Source: Centroscyllium fabricii (lineage: Eukaryota). From it: DNA of 64,000 nt. A program made the position numbers and the translations under genes. Within the stretch, counting starts at the first letter, position 1. Each line of letters opens with the position of its first letter. Below, one piece after another: positions 26,212-39,843 of this stretch. Location of the stretch: contig JBNRSN020000009.1 of the NCBI GenBank assembly GCA_051313645.2, forward strand, positions 65,224,001-65,288,000. The letters run 5' to 3'. The notes beneath the pieces are model-generated. The model did no database searches and was not told where the DNA came from. It was given only the letters and a program-made list of their open reading frames with translations.

Positions 26212-26560
26212 GGCCTTCACACACTCGCTCGCTCAAACCCCGCCGCAGCACAAAAAAAAAGGGGCCGAAAACAATCGCGCCGGCGAAACAAAGCGAGCGG
26301 ATCGGCGGCGGCGCCCGCTGGGCCGAGGTCCGAGCGCTGGCCGGGAGGCTCCTGCTGGGATTTTAGCGCACTTTGCCTGACGCTAAGAGTGACCCCGCAC
26401 CGATCGCCGCCATGTGCTGTTACGGCGCCATGTCTGTCAGAGCCGCCGCGCAGGCGCACTGGCAACCGCTGCCTTTGACGTCAGCGCTCAGCCACACGGG
26501 GAGGTCACGTTCAGGGGCGGCTGTCAATCAGCGGGCGGTGAATGCCCCCTCCAGCAGCAA
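26212..26560 (-). promoter_or_regulatory. FAM120A 5' UTR and CpG-island promoter
   Basis: GC/CpG-rich. Full CRE TGACGTCA 26476-26483, NRF1-like GCGCAGGCGCA 26448-26458, GC box GGGGCGG near 26514, YY1-like CGCCATGT near 26409 and 26426. Confidence 0.7.
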
Positions 26561-26613
26561 CCCAGTGCACAGTGCAATCCCACTCCCAGTTCGTGCATCT
26601 TGACACTTGCAAT

Positions 26614-29600
26614 GAAACATAGAAGACAGGAGCAGGAGCAAGCCCCTCCAGCCTGCTCCGCCATTTAATGAGATCATGGCTGATCATTCAAACTCAGTAC
26701 CCCGTACCAGCTTTCTCCCCATATCCCCTGATCCCTTTAGCCTTAAGAAATATATCGAACTCCTTCTTGAATATATTTAATGAATTGGCCTCAACTGCCT
26801 TCTGTGTTGGAGAATTCCACAGGTTCACCACTGTCTGGATGAAGAAATTCCTCCTCATCTCTGTCCTAAATGGCTTACCCCATATCGTTAATGTGGAGGT
26901 GGACTGGGGTGGACAATTGTAAGACATCACACAACACCAGGTTATAGTCCAACAGATTTAAAATAAAACTGTTGGACTATAACCTGGTGTTGTGTGACTT
27001 CTTATCCTTAGACTGTGACCCCTGGTTCTGGACTCCCCCGCCATCAGGAACATCCTTCCTGCATCTAGTCTGTCTAGTCCTGTTAGAATTTTATAAGTTT
27101 CAATGAGATCCCCTCTCATTCTTCTAAACTCCAGCGAATATAAGCTCAGTCGACCCAATCTCTCCTCATAGGTCATTCCTGCCATCCCAGGTATCAGTCT
27201 GGTGAATCTTCACTGCACTCCCTCCATGGCAAGAACATCCTCAGATAAGGCAACCAAAACTGCACACAATACTCAAGGTGTGGTCTCACCAAGGCCCTGT
27301 ACAACTGCAGCAAGACATCCTTGCTCCTGTACTCGAACCCTCTCGCTACAAAGGCCAACATACCATTTGCCTTCTTAACCGCCTGCTGCACCTGCAGCGA
27401 CTGGTGCACAAGGACACCCAGGTCTCGTTGCACTTCCCCTTCTCCCAATATTGCCATTCAGATAATCTGCCTTCCTGTTTTTGCCACCAAAGTGGATAAC
27501 CTCGCATTTATCCCATTATAGTGCATCTGCCATGCTTCTGCCCAATCACCCAACCTGTCCAAATCATACTGGAGTTTCTCGGCATCCTCCTCACAGCACA
27601 TACGCCCACCCAGCTTTGTGCCGTCTGCAAAATTGGAAATATTACATCTAGTCCCCTTGTCTAGATCATTAATATATAGTGTGAATAGCTGGGGTCCTAG
27701 CACCGATCCCTGCGGTACCCCACTAGTCACTGCCTGCCACTCAGAAAAAGACCCGTTTATTCCAACTCTTTGCTTCCTGTTTGGCAACCAGTTCTCTATC
27801 CACATCAGTACCTTACCCCCAATCCCATGTGCTTTAACTTTACACGCTAATCTCTTATGCGGGACTTATCAAAAGCCTGCTGAAAGTCCAAATACACCAC
27901 ATCCACTGGTTCTCCCTTATCTATTTTACCAGTTACATCCTCAAAGAATTCCAGATTAGTCAAACAGGATTTACCTTTTGTAAATGTATGTTGACTTTGT
28001 CCAATCCTGTCACTGTTTTCAAAGTGCTCTGCTATTACATCTTTTATAATGGACTCTAGCATTTTCCCCACTACCGATGTCCGGTTTACTGGTCTGTAAT
28101 TCCCCGTTTTCTCTCTACCACCTTTATTGAATAGTGGTGTTGCATAAGCTACCCTCCAATCCATGGGGACTGTTCCAGAGTCTATAGAATTTTGGAAGAT
28201 GACCAGCAATGCATTTATTATTTCTAGGGCCACTTCCTTAAGTACCCTAGGATGTAGATTATCAGGCCCTGGGGATTTATCGGCCTTCAATCCTGTCAAT
28301 TTCCCTAACATCATTTCCCTACAAATACTGATTTCATTCAGTTCCTCCCTTTCATTGGAACCCTCTCATTAGACCCGATGTTCCGCGACATCTGAGAGGC
28401 TATTTGTGTCCTACTTTGTGAAGACAGAACCAAAGCATGTATTTAATTGGTCTTCCATTTCTTTGTTCCCCATTATAAATTTCCCTGACTGACTGCAAAG
28501 GACCTACACTTGACTTCAACAATCTCTTTCTCTTCACATATCTATAGAAGATTTTAGTCAGTTTTATGTTCCCTGAAAGCTTACTCTCATGCTCTATTTC
28601 TCCCCTCTTAATTAATCCTTTTGACCTCCTGTGCTGAATCCTAAACAGCTCACAATCCTCAGGTTTACTGCTTTTTCTGGCCAATTTATATGTCCTCTCC
28701 TTGGATCTTATGCTTTCCTAATTTCCCTTCTTAGCCACAGTTGAATCACCCTTTGTTTTATTTTTATGCCAAACAGGGTTGAACAAATTCTGTAGTTCAT
28801 CCATGCGATCTTTAAATGTTTGCCATTGCCTATCCACCGTCAACCCTTTAAGTAACATTCCCCAATCCATCATAGCCAACTCGCACCTCATACCATCGTA
28901 TTTTACTTTATTTAAATTCAGGACCCGAGTCTCTGAGTCAACTACTTCACTCTCCATCTTAATGAAGAATTCTATCATATTATGATCGCTCCGCCTCAAG
29001 GGGCCTCGCACAAGATTGCTAATTAATCCTTTCTCATTAAATAATACCCAGTCAAAGATGGCCTGATCTCTAGTTGGTTCCTCGACATATTGGTCCAAGA
29101 AACCATCCTGTATACTCTCCAGGAATTCCTCCTCCACAGCATTGTTACTAATTTGGTTAGCCCAATCTATATGTAGATTAAAGTCCCCCATGATAACTGC
29201 TGTGCCCTTATTGCACGCATCTCTAATTTCCCATTTAATGCCATCCCCAACCTCAGCATTACTGTTTGGGGGTCTGTATACCACTCCCACTAACGTACTC
29301 TGCCCCATGGTATTTCTCAGCTCTACCCATACAGATTCCACATCATCAGAGGTGATATCCTTCCTTACTATTGTGTTAATCTCCTCTTTAACCAGCAATG
29401 CTACCCCACCTCCTTTTCCTTTTTGCCTGTCCTTCCTGAATATTGAATACCCCTGGATGTTGAATTCCCAGCCTTAGTTACCCTGAATCACATCATATCC
29501 GTTTACATCTATTTGCGCAGCTAATTCATCCATCTTATTATGACTGCTCTTGGCATTAAGACACAACGCAATTGGGCTTGTTTTGTTTTTTTAACACTCT

Positions 29601-30401
29601 TAGACCTTTTAGAATTATTATTTACTGTGGCCATGTTTGATTTAAACCCTTGATTTCTCTGACTGCCACTTTTGCTTTTCTCCCTCATATCTTTTGCTTC
29701 TATCCTTGCATCCCTTTCCTCCGTCTCCCTGCACAGGTTCCCAACTCCCTGCCATTTTAGTTTAAACCCTCCCCAACAGCACTAGCAAATACTCCCCCTA
29801 GGACATCGGTTCCAGTCCTGCCCCGATGCAAACCATCCATTTTATACTGGTCCCACCTCCGCAGAACCGGTTCCAATGTCCCAGGAGTTTGAATCCCTCC
29901 CCCTTGCACCATTCCTCTAGCCACGTATTGATCTGAAATATCCTTCTATTTCTACTCTGACTAGCACGTGGCACTGGTAGCAATCGTGAGATTACTACCT
30001 TTGATGTCTTATTTTTTTACATTTACCTCTAACTCTCTATATTCAGCTTTTAGGACCTCATCCTGTTTTTTACCTATATCGTTGGTACCTATATGCACCA
30101 CAACAACTGGCTGTTCACCCTCCCCCTCCAGAATGCCCTGCAGCCGCTCTGAGACATCCTTGACCCTTGCACCAGGGAGGCAACATACCATCCTGGAGTC
30201 TCATTTGCAGCCGCAGAAACGCCTATCTATTACTCTTACAATAGAATCCCCTATCACTATAGCTCTCCCGCTCTTTTTCCTCCCGTCCTGTGCAGCAGAA
30301 CCACCCATGATGCCAGGAAGTTAGCTACTGCTGACGGATTTGTCCCTGATTTCCCACATGGTGCAGGAGGAGCATGCCACGGGGCCGAGCTGTCCTGCCA
30401 T
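26614..30401 (-). mobile_element. Near full-length CR1 LINE (ORF1 SGNH esterase; ORF2 endonuclease and RT), degenerate
   Basis: ORF1 start MAGQL at 30401, CLPGARVKDV..VHIGTND; endonuclease YRPPN, MGDFN, SDH; RT motifs; 3' tail next to the FAM120A promoter. Confidence 0.95.
26887..26999. mobile_element. Penelope family B end as a perfect inverted duplication inside CR1
   Basis: 29-bp arms at 26927-26955 and 26969-26997 with a 13-nt spacer; same sequence as 3688-3716. Confidence 0.8.
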
Positions 30402-31224
30402 GAATTACCCTTTACTTAATTTAAATTAAATCAAATCAATACCACTAATTACACTACAATTAAATGAAATACTCAAGGGCCCTTGATTACTAGCACTCCC
30501 CGATACACAACCGAGTCCTTAGAAACTATAACCCCAAAAATTAAGACCTTCTAAACTTTATAAACTATTAATCTTAACTGTCAAACTATAGAGTAGTATA
30601 AATACCCACCTGGCCGTACTCACCCAATCAGCTGCTTCCTCTTCCCCGCATCACTTTCTGAATCGTGGCATGGCTCTGGAACGCTGCCGGTTTGCGAGAT
30701 TGACCGGCCTTTGAGTAAAAGCCTGCAAAACTGAATTTAAATACTCACTACTCTCCTGCTGCTCCCAACATCAGCCTCTTCCTACAGGGTGAAAAGTTAG
30801 GAAAAACAAAGGCAAAGCAAGGGAGCTCCTCCTACCACTCCTCACCTAACTCTGACTCACCTAACTCGTAGCACTCTGTTGAAACTGCACTCAGACAGAA
30901 ATCGCACTTCAAAGCCTGTGTTATAGGACCTGAAACAAGGGAGATTTGCTCAGCTCAGCTACAGGAAAAACAGCTTAATCTAGTTTCTCAAATTAACTGC
31001 CTTCAACTGCTCTGAATTGTAGGCCTTGTATATCCCTTTATAACCCTGCTTAAAGCAGGGAAATTTCGATTTTAAACAGTGGAAGTAAAAGTAAATGTGA
31101 AACAAACAAAAATTTGATTATTTATTAAATTAGTACAATTTTAATTTTAATTACTTCATTGAAAAAGTCAACTATTTAAAATGCATCAACATTACTCACT
31201 TAGAAGAACTCTAACCCAAATCAG

Positions 31225-31470
31225 AAGATAGAAAGCAGGAGAGATTAAGAGATATTCCAGGTGAGAGGAGGTGGTCATGGGAGAGCTCCTGTTTTCTATC
31301 CTATCACTGACCTTCCCTTTTGTTCTTTCATCCCCTCCCCCTTTTCCCAGCCCCTAAACCTGTTTTCCATTTCCTGCTTTTTCCAGTTCTGACAAAAGGT
31401 CATTGACCTGAAACGGCGACTCTTGTTTCTCTCTCCACGGATGCTGCCCTGGCCTGCTGAGTTTTTCCAC
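31225..31470 (+). mobile_element. Penelope-like fragment (family A) with inverted 5' piece
   Basis: gatagaaagcaggagagattaagaga is the reverse complement of sequence at about 22420-22445; hammerhead core mutated to CTGACAA. Confidence 0.7.
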
Positions 31471-33110
31471 CATCCTGGTGAATCTCCTCTGCACCCTCTC
31501 CAAAGCAATCACATCCTTCCTATAGTGCGGCGACCAGAACTGCACACAGTATTCCAGCTGTGGCCTAACTAGCGTTTTGTACAACTCCATCATAACCTCC
31601 CTGCTCTTATATTCTATGCCTCGGCTAATGAAGGCAAGTATCCCATATGCCTTTTTAACCACCTTATCTACCTGTCCTGCTGCCTTCAGGGATCTATGTA
31701 CATGCACACCAAGGTCCCTCTGATCCTCTGTCTTTCCTAGGGTCCTACCATTCATGGTGTAGTCCATTGCCTTGTTAGTCCTCCCAAAATGCATCACCTC
31801 ACACTTTTTAGGGTTAAATTCCATTTGTAACTGTTCTGCCTAACTAACCAACCAATCTGTACTGTCCTGTAGCCTGAGGCTTCCCTCCTCACTATTTACC
31901 ACTCCACCAATTTTCGTGTCATCTGCGAACTTACTGATCATATGTCCTACATTTTCTTCTAAATCATTAGTGTACACTACAAACAGCAAAAGCACCCCCC
32001 TGCGGTACACCACTGGACACAGGCTTCCAGTCACAAAAACAACCTTCGACCATCATCCTCTGCCTCCTGCCACTAAGCCAATTTTGGATCCAATGTGCCA
32101 AATTGCCCTGGATCCCATGGGCTCTTGTCTTCTTGACCAGTCTCCCATGCGGGACTTTATCAAAGGCCTTACTGAAGTTCATGTAGACGACATCAACTGC
32201 ATTTCCCTCATCCACACATCTAGTCACCCCTTTGAAAAATTCAAATCAAATTAGTTAGATATGATCTCCCCCTGACAAAGCTATGCTGACTATCCTTGAT
32301 TAATCCTTGCCTCTCCAAGTGGAGACTAATTCTGTGTCTCAGAATTTTTTCCAATAATTTCCCTATCACTGATGTTCGGCTCACTGGCCTGTAATTCCCT
32401 GGTTTATCCCTACTACCTTTCTTGAATAATGGCACTACGTTAGCTGTCCTCCAATCTTCTGGCACCTCCCCTGTGGCCAGAGAGGTTCTGAAAATGTGTG
32501 TCAGATCCTGCAATCTCCTCCCTTGCCTCACACAGCAGCCTGGGATACATTTCGTCTGGGCCTGGGGATTTATCCACTTTTAAGCCTGCTAAAAAGGCGA
32601 GTACCTCCTCCCTCTCAATGCTAATTTGTTCAAGTACAGGTTGAGCACCGTTAATCCGGACACCGTTTGTCCAGCAACTTCAAACGTCTGGCACGAATCT
32701 GGCTGACTGGTGTGCGCATGTGCAAAATGGCCACCGCGCTTGGCTGCGCATGCCCAGGCCTCTCCCTGACTGGTCTGCGCATGCGCAAAATGGTCACCAT
32801 GCGTGGCTGCGCATGCCCGGGCCTCCCCGATTGGTCTGCACATGTGCAATATGGCCACCACGCTTGGCTACACATGCCCTGGTCTCTCGGCGAGCGCATG
32901 CGCAGACCATTCAAAATTTCGCGGCAGCCATTTTGAATGGTCTGCGCATGCGCTCGGCGAACTTCATCCGGATTTTTCAAAAATTCGGCACAATCCTGGT
33001 CGCGACTGTGCCGGATTAACGAAAGTTCAACCTGTATATCAAAATCCCCCTGCCCGATTTCTATGCCTACATCGTCCTTCTCCATAGTGAACACAGATGC
33101 AAAATATTAA
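31470..33110 (-). mobile_element. CR1 LINE fragment (RT)
   Basis: [41 protein letters not shown]. Confidence 0.9.
32637..33034. mobile_element. pogo/Tigger-like MITE inserted in CR1
   Basis: TA|CAGGTTGAGCACCGTTAATCCGG...CCGGATTAACGAAAGTTCAACCTG|TA. Confidence 0.88.
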
Positions 33111-33781
33111 TTTAAATGTTAGTGGGAATGGTATACAGACCTCCAAACAGTAATGCAGAGGTTGGGGATGGCATTAAAAGGGAAATTAGAGAAGCGTGCA
33201 ATAGGGGCATAGCAGTTATCATGAGTGACTTTAATCTACATATACATTGAGCTAACCAAATTAGTAACAATACTGTTGTGGAGGAGGAATTCCTGGAGTG
33301 TATACAAGATGGTTTCCTGAACCAATATGTCAAGGAACCAACTAGAGATCAGGCCATCTTGGACTGGGTATTATGTAATGAGAAAGAATTATTTAACAAA
33401 CTTGTGCGAGGCCCCTTGGGTCGGAGCGATCATAACATGATAGAATTCTTCATTCAGATGGAGAGTGAAGTAATTGACTCAGAGCCTAGGGCCCTAAATT
33501 TAAATAAAGGAAACTACGATGGTATGAGGCGCAAGTTGGGTAGGATTGATTGGGGAATGTCACTCGAAGGGTTGATGGTGGATAGGCAACGGCAAACATT
33601 CAAAGATCGCATGGATGAACTACAGAATTTGTTCATCCCAGTTTGGCACAAAAATAAAACGAAAAGGATGACTCAACCGTGGCTAACAAGGGAGATTAGG
33701 AATAGCATAAGATCCAAGGAGAGGACATATAAATTGGCCAGAAAAAGCAGTAAACCTGAAGATTGGGAGCAGTTTAGGATT

Positions 33782-36700
33782 TGATGCACGATCAATTATA
33801 CTCAAAGACTGGTTGAGGTACAACTAAGGCTTTTATTAGCAGAGAACTGAGCCCGGCTCCTTCCACAGTCGAGTCCTGGAGAAAATGGAGAAGGCCAGCA
33901 AGCAGCTGCCTTTATACTCGGTATGTGGGTGGAGCCCGAGCTGACCGAGTCCTCCGAGGTAAGAGATTACACAGGGTACAATCCAACAGTGGTGACGAAC
34001 GGTATTACAAGTAACTATGTACAACAGTAAATAACATGGTAGTAAACAGTAGTGTATAACAGGTAACTATGTACAACAGTAGATAACGCGGTGGTAAACA
34101 GAATTGTGGTTTACCACATTCACCCCTCATTTAAAATGGTTCCGGCGGGGTCAAAGATCAAGTCTGTTGGGGGGTCTGATCATCCTGAGTGAGCGGCGTA
34201 GTTCCGGCTGCTGCGCGGGTCTCCAGGCGGGGTGGTCTGCGTCGTTGGTGGCGTGGCCGGAGTCATCGGAGAGTCGTGCATCGGCTGGTCCCGGGTTGCT
34301 GACGTACCGTCTACAGGGGCTAGAGAAAAGGAGGGTAACAGCGGTTCATCAAGAGATACGGTGGGAGGGTTGGAGACTTGGTGGTAGGGGGTGGGGATTT
34401 GGTGGAGGGGGGTGGTGGTCGAAGAGTCACCCGGGGGCACCAGATCCCTGATAGAGACTGTGTCCTCCTGCCCATCGGGGAATGCCACATAGGCATATTG
34501 GGGGTTGGCGTGGAGGAGCTGAACCCTTTCAACCAGGGGATCCGTCTTATGGCCCCTCACGTGCTTCCTGAGTAGGACTGGTCCTGGGGACGTCAGCCAC
34601 AATGGTACGAAGGTCCCCGAGGTGGACTTCCTAGGAAACGCAAACATCCGCTCGTGAGGGGTGGCGTTAGTCGCAGTGCAGAGCAGCGACCTAATGGAGT
34701 GGAGCGCGTCAGGGAGAACCACCTGCCAGCGGGAGACTGGGAGGTCCCTAGACCGCAGGGCTAGAGGACAGCCTTCCAGACTGTCCCATTCTCCCTCTCC
34801 ACCTGGCCATTCCCTCGGGGGTTGTAGCTGGTAGTCCTGCTCGTAGCCACTCCTTTTGCGAGCAGGTACTGGCGCAGCTCATCGCTCATAAATGAGGAGC
34901 CCTGGTCACTGTGAATGTAGTTGGGGAGGCCGAATTGGCAAAGATGCTGTGTAGGGCCTTGATGACCATGGCAGCGGTCATGTCTGGGCAAGGGATGGCG
35001 AAGGGGAAACGTGAGTACTCGTTGATGACGGTCAGGATGTACACGTTCCGGTCGGAGGAGGGGAGGGGCACTTTGAAGTCGACGCTGAGGCGCTCAAAGG
35101 GGCGGGTGGCCTTAACTAGGTTAGCTCTGTCCGGTCTGTAGAAGTGCGGTTTACACTCTGCGCAGATGGAGCAACTCTGGGTGACGGCCCGGACCTCCAC
35201 AACGGAGTAGGGCAGGTTGCGGGCTTTTACAAAATGGAAGAAGCGGGTGACTCCCGGGTGACAGAGCTCATTATGGAGGGATTTCAATCTATCCCCTTGT
35301 GCGCTGGCACAGGTTCCGCGGGATAGCGCGTCTGGGGGCTCATTGAGTTTACCGGGCCGGTACAAGGTGTCGTAATTATAGGTGGACAGCTCAATTCTCC
35401 ACCTCAGGATCTTGTCATTTTTGATCTTGCTCCGCTGTTAATTGTTAAACATGAAAGCCACTGAACGCTGGTCAGTGAGCAGGGTGAATCTTTTACCGGC
35501 CAGGTAATGTCTCCAGTGCCGCACCGCCTCCACAATGGCCTGGGCTTCTTTTTCCACAGAGGAGTGCTTGATTTCTGGGCCTTGGAGGGTGCGGGAAAAG
35601 AAGGCCACAGGTCGCCCTGCCTGATTGAGGGTAGCGGCAAGAGCGAAGTCGGAGGCATCGCTTTCCACCTGGAACAGGGTAGATTCGTCCATGGCATGCA
35701 TGGTCGCTTTAACGATGTCCGATTTCATGCTCTCGAAGGCTATGCGAGCTTCAGCCGCCAGGGGGAAAGAGGTGGATTTAATGAGGGGGCGTGCCTTGTC
35801 CACATAGCGAGGGACCCACTAGGCGTAATATGAGAAAAAGCAGAGGCACCTTTTCAGGGCCTTGAGGCTGTGGGGGAGGGGAAGCTCCATGAGGGGGCGC
35901 ATGCGTTCAGGGTCGGGACTGATGATCCCATTCTCCATGACACAGCCCAGAATGGCCAGGCGGGTGGTGTGGAAGATGCATTTCTCCTTGTTGTAGGTGA
36001 GGTTAAGGAGCTGAGCTGTCTGGAGAAATTTTGCCAAATTGGCGTTGTGGTCCTGCATGTCATGGCCGCAGATGGTCACATTATTCAAATAAGGGAAGGT
36101 AGCCCGCAGTCCGTTCTGGTCCACCATACGGTCCATCTCCTGCTGGAAGACAGATACCCCGTTGATGACGCCAAAAGGGACCCGGAGGTAGTGGTAGAGA
36201 CAGCTGTTTGCTTCAAAGGCGGTGTACTGGCGGTCTTCGGGGCGGATGGGGAGCTGGTGGTACGCAGACTTCAGGTCGATCGTTGAGAACACCCGATACT
36301 GTGCAATCTGATTTACCATGTCAGAGATGCGTGGTAGGGGGTACGCGTCCAGCTGGATATACCTATTTATGGTCTGTCTGTAGTTGATAACCAAGCGATG
36401 TCTTAACGACTACCACTTGGGCGCTCCAGGAGCTGGTGCTAGCCTCGATGACCCCCTCCTTCAGGAGCCGCTGAACCTCTGCTTTGATAAAAAGCCTATT
36501 CCCCAGACTGTAGCATCTGCTCTTTGTGGCTATCGGCTTCCAGTCCGGGGTGAGGTTAGCGAACAGCGGGGGAGGGGCGACCTTGAGGGTCGACAGGCTA
36601 CAGACTGTGCGTGGCTGTGTTTTAGAAAACTGCCGGCTGCACACCGTGGGGGGGGGGGGGGGGGGGGGGAGGGAGGGGCCCACCGTACTTCATTATGACG

Positions 36701-38712
36701 CTGTCGAGGTGGCTCTGAAAATCTAGCCCGAGCAGAACGGCAGCGCAGAGGTCAGGGAGGACAAAAAGCTTAAAATGATTATAGACCGTGCCCCGCACCG
36801 ACAGTGTGACGTATCGTCAATAACAAAGACGAGTAGTTACCTTAACTATAGGCTTTTATTAGCTTTACAAAGGAGCTACGCTCCGGTCGAACATCAGGTA
36901 CAGAATGAATGGGGGCAGGTGAGACCCCACCTATAAGGCACTCACCTGAGGGGAGGAGTTAGAGGTGTGGCTGACCTGACCCCGCGACAGTGTCGTAATA
37001 CAAAAACTATGTACAGTGCACCCAGCCGCTATACATGCTGGTTTATATTGTGCTTCACTATTAGTGGTAATAACAGTTACCACACAGTGTAACAAAACAA
37101 CATCCGCTGACATCCGCAGTCTGAGTTCGAGAGACCAGGTAAATCCGTTGGCTCGCCAGGCGGACCAGGATGGAAAGCCTCCTTACTGTGTCCGGGTCAA
37201 TAAAACTTTCCGTGCTGCCTGAGTCAAAAAGGCAGTTTGTATCGCGGCCGTTTACCTTAATGTCCATAGTCGATCTGGCGAGCTGATGGGGCCTGGATTG
37301 ATCCAGGGTGATGGAAGCCAGGTGAGGCAGCACCAGATCCGATTCTTCTGGCAAGGGAGGTGTGGGGGGGGGGGGGGGGAGGCTGGCGCAATCGGAGGCG
37401 CCCAGGTCCGCGATGCCTGTACCAAATATGGCGGCGCCCACAGGTCGCACGCGACTGGGGAGGATTCAAAATGGCCGCCCAATTCAAAATGGCCACCCGC
37501 ACGTTCCCCATGCGGCTGAAGATGGCGGCGCCCACGAATCGCACGCGGCCGTCCAAGATGGCCGCTCGACTGGGACACACGTGGCACTGCTGGGGTTGGG
37601 GGGAGGGTCTGGACCTACAGACACTAGCGTAGTGCCCCTTTTTCTTGCAGCCGGAGCACGTTGCCTCTCTCGCCGGGCAGCGCTGCCTGGGGTGCTTGGA
37701 CTAGCCACAGAAGTAGCATTTCTGGGCGCACGTTGCCGCTGCCGACATTAGCGGGGGGGGGCGCAGTGGGGGTTGTGATTCCTACCGTCCATGATGGCTG
37801 CGCCCGCGCTGTCCACAAGGTGGTCGGCTGGTTGTAGGCCTCTGCGTTTGTGTGTGCCACATCCAGTGACTGTACCAGGGCTGTTGCTGCATCACAGTCC
37901 AAGTCCTTATTTTCGAGCAGCCGCTGGCGGGTGCGGTTTGACTGTACGCCGGCAATGATAGCATCGCGAATGAGCTTGTCTAGGTGGTCCTCCGCCATTA
38001 TGGCCTGGCAGCCGCAGTCCAACCCGAGCTCCCGCAGCACCCGGATAAAATCAGTGGCTGACTCACCGGGTTGTTGTCTGCGGCTCAGGAGGAGGTGTCT
38101 CGCGTAAACTGTGTTAACCGGGGCTGCAAACTGCTTTTTAAGGGCCCGCATGGCGTAGACGTAGGTCGTTGCGTTTTGGATCATCCCATAGATCGACGGG
38201 CTGACTCGGGACAGCAGGACCGCCAGTTTGTTTGCGTCTAAGGTGACGGTTTCGCCAAAGGCCACCAGAAATAGCTCGAGAGCCAGTGTTCGAATCTTCA
38301 CAGGGTGCTTGCTGATTGGAGGTCTAGCTCCAGGAGCCGTGGCATCAGGATCTTATCCATTGGCAAAAAATTCTGCTAATAAAATTGATGCACGATCAAT
38401 TATACTCAAAGACTGGTTGAGGTACAACTGAGGCTTTTATTAGCAGAGAACTGAGCCCGGCTCTTTCTACAGTCAAGTCCTAGAGAAAATGGAGAAGGCC
38501 AGCAAGCAGCTGCCTTTATACTTGGTATGTGGGTCGAGCCAGAGCTGACCGAGTCCTCCGAGGCACAGGGTACAATCCAACAGTGGTGGCGAACGGTATT
38601 ACAAGTAACTATGTCCAACAGTAAATAACATGGTAGTAAACAGTAGTGTATAACAGGTAACTATGTACAACAGTAGATAACACGGTGGTAAACAGTATTG
38701 TGGTTTACCACA
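33782..38712 (-). mobile_element. Gypsy LTR retrotransposon G1 (5' LTR 38386-38712, 3' LTR 33782-34118), degenerate gag-pol
   Basis: TG..CA LTRs and polypurine tract (PPT) ATGAGGGGTGAA. Protease LFDSGSTES, RT LDAYPLPRI/IDLKSAYHQ, RNase H ESDASD, integrase HSDQG/GNGQVE. TSD imperfect. Confidence 0.95.
36807..37084 (-). mobile_element. Solo LTR (family of the G3 3' LTR) inserted into G1
   Basis: TG..CA ends; 5-bp TSD CAGTG at 36802-36806 and 37085-37089; highly similar to 48470-48780. Confidence 0.92.
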
Positions 38713-39843
38713 AGTTTCAACAAAGGAGGACAAAGGGATTAATTAGGAGGGGGAATATAAAGTATGAGAGTAAGCTTGCTGGGAACATAAAACTGACTGT
38801 AAAAGCTTTTATAGATATGTGAATAGAAAAAGATTGGTGAAGTCAAGCATAGTTTCCTTGCAGTCAGCATTAGGGGGATTTATAATGGGGAACAAAGAAA
38901 TGACAGACCAATTAAATACATACTTTGGTTCTGTCTTCACAAAGGGGGACACAAATAACCTCCCAGTGATGTTGGGGAACATAGGGTCTAATGAAAGGGA
39001 GGAACTGAAAGAAATCAGTATTTGTAGGGAAATGGTGTTAGGGAAATTGACGGGATTGAAGTCTGATAAATCCCCAGGGCCTGATAATCTACATCCCAGG
39101 GTACTTAAGGAAGTGGCCCTAGAAATAGTATATGCATTGCTGGTCATCTTCCAAAATTCAGTAGTTACATGGATTGGAGGGTAGCTAATGTTACCCCACT
39201 ATTCAAAATAGGTGGCAGACAGAAAACGGGGAATTATAGACCGGTAAACCTGACATCGGTAGTGGCAAAAATGCTGGAGTCCATTACAAAAGATGTAATA
39301 GCAGAGCACTTTGAAAACAGTGACAGGATCGGACAAAGTCAACATGGATTTACAAAGGGTATGTCGTGCTTGACTAATCTACTGGAATTTTTTGAGGATG
39401 TATCTGGTAAAATAGATAAGGGAGCACCAGTGGATGTGGTTTATTTTTACTTTCAAAAGGCGTTCGATAAGGTCCCACATAAGAGATTAGCGTGCAAAGT
39501 TAAGGCACATGGGATTGGGGGCAAGGTATTGACTTGGATAGAGAACTGGTTGGCAGACAGAAAGGAAAGAGTTTGAATAAATGGGTCTTTTTCCAAGTGG
39601 CAGGCAGTGACTGGTGGGGTACCGCAAGGATTGGTCCTTGGACCCCAGCTCTTCACAATATATATATATATATATTAATGATCTAGATGAGGGAACTCTA
39701 TGTAATATCTCCAAGTTTGCAGATGACACAAAGCTGGGTGGGCGTGTGTGCTGTGAGGAGGATGCCGTGAAACGCCAGTATGATTTGGACAGGTTGGGTG
39801 ATTGGGCAGAAGCATAGCAGATGCAAATAACGTGGATAAATGT

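Larger units (their letters stand above)
33115..39843 (+). mobile_element. CR1 LINE split by Gypsy G1 (CR1 parts 33115-33781 and 38713-39843)
   Basis: KPEDWEQFRI continues as QQRRTKG across the insertion; closely similar to the minus-strand CR1 at 27500-29300. Confidence 0.9.

Noticed and set aside
36647-37382. Long poly-G runs in G1 (also near 17640 and poly-C near 21476)
   Set aside because: Homopolymer slippage or sequencing error is more likely than a functional G-quadruplex.
27500-39843. Large inverted homology between two CR1 copies
   Set aside because: Explained by independent insertions of one abundant subfamily in opposite orientations.
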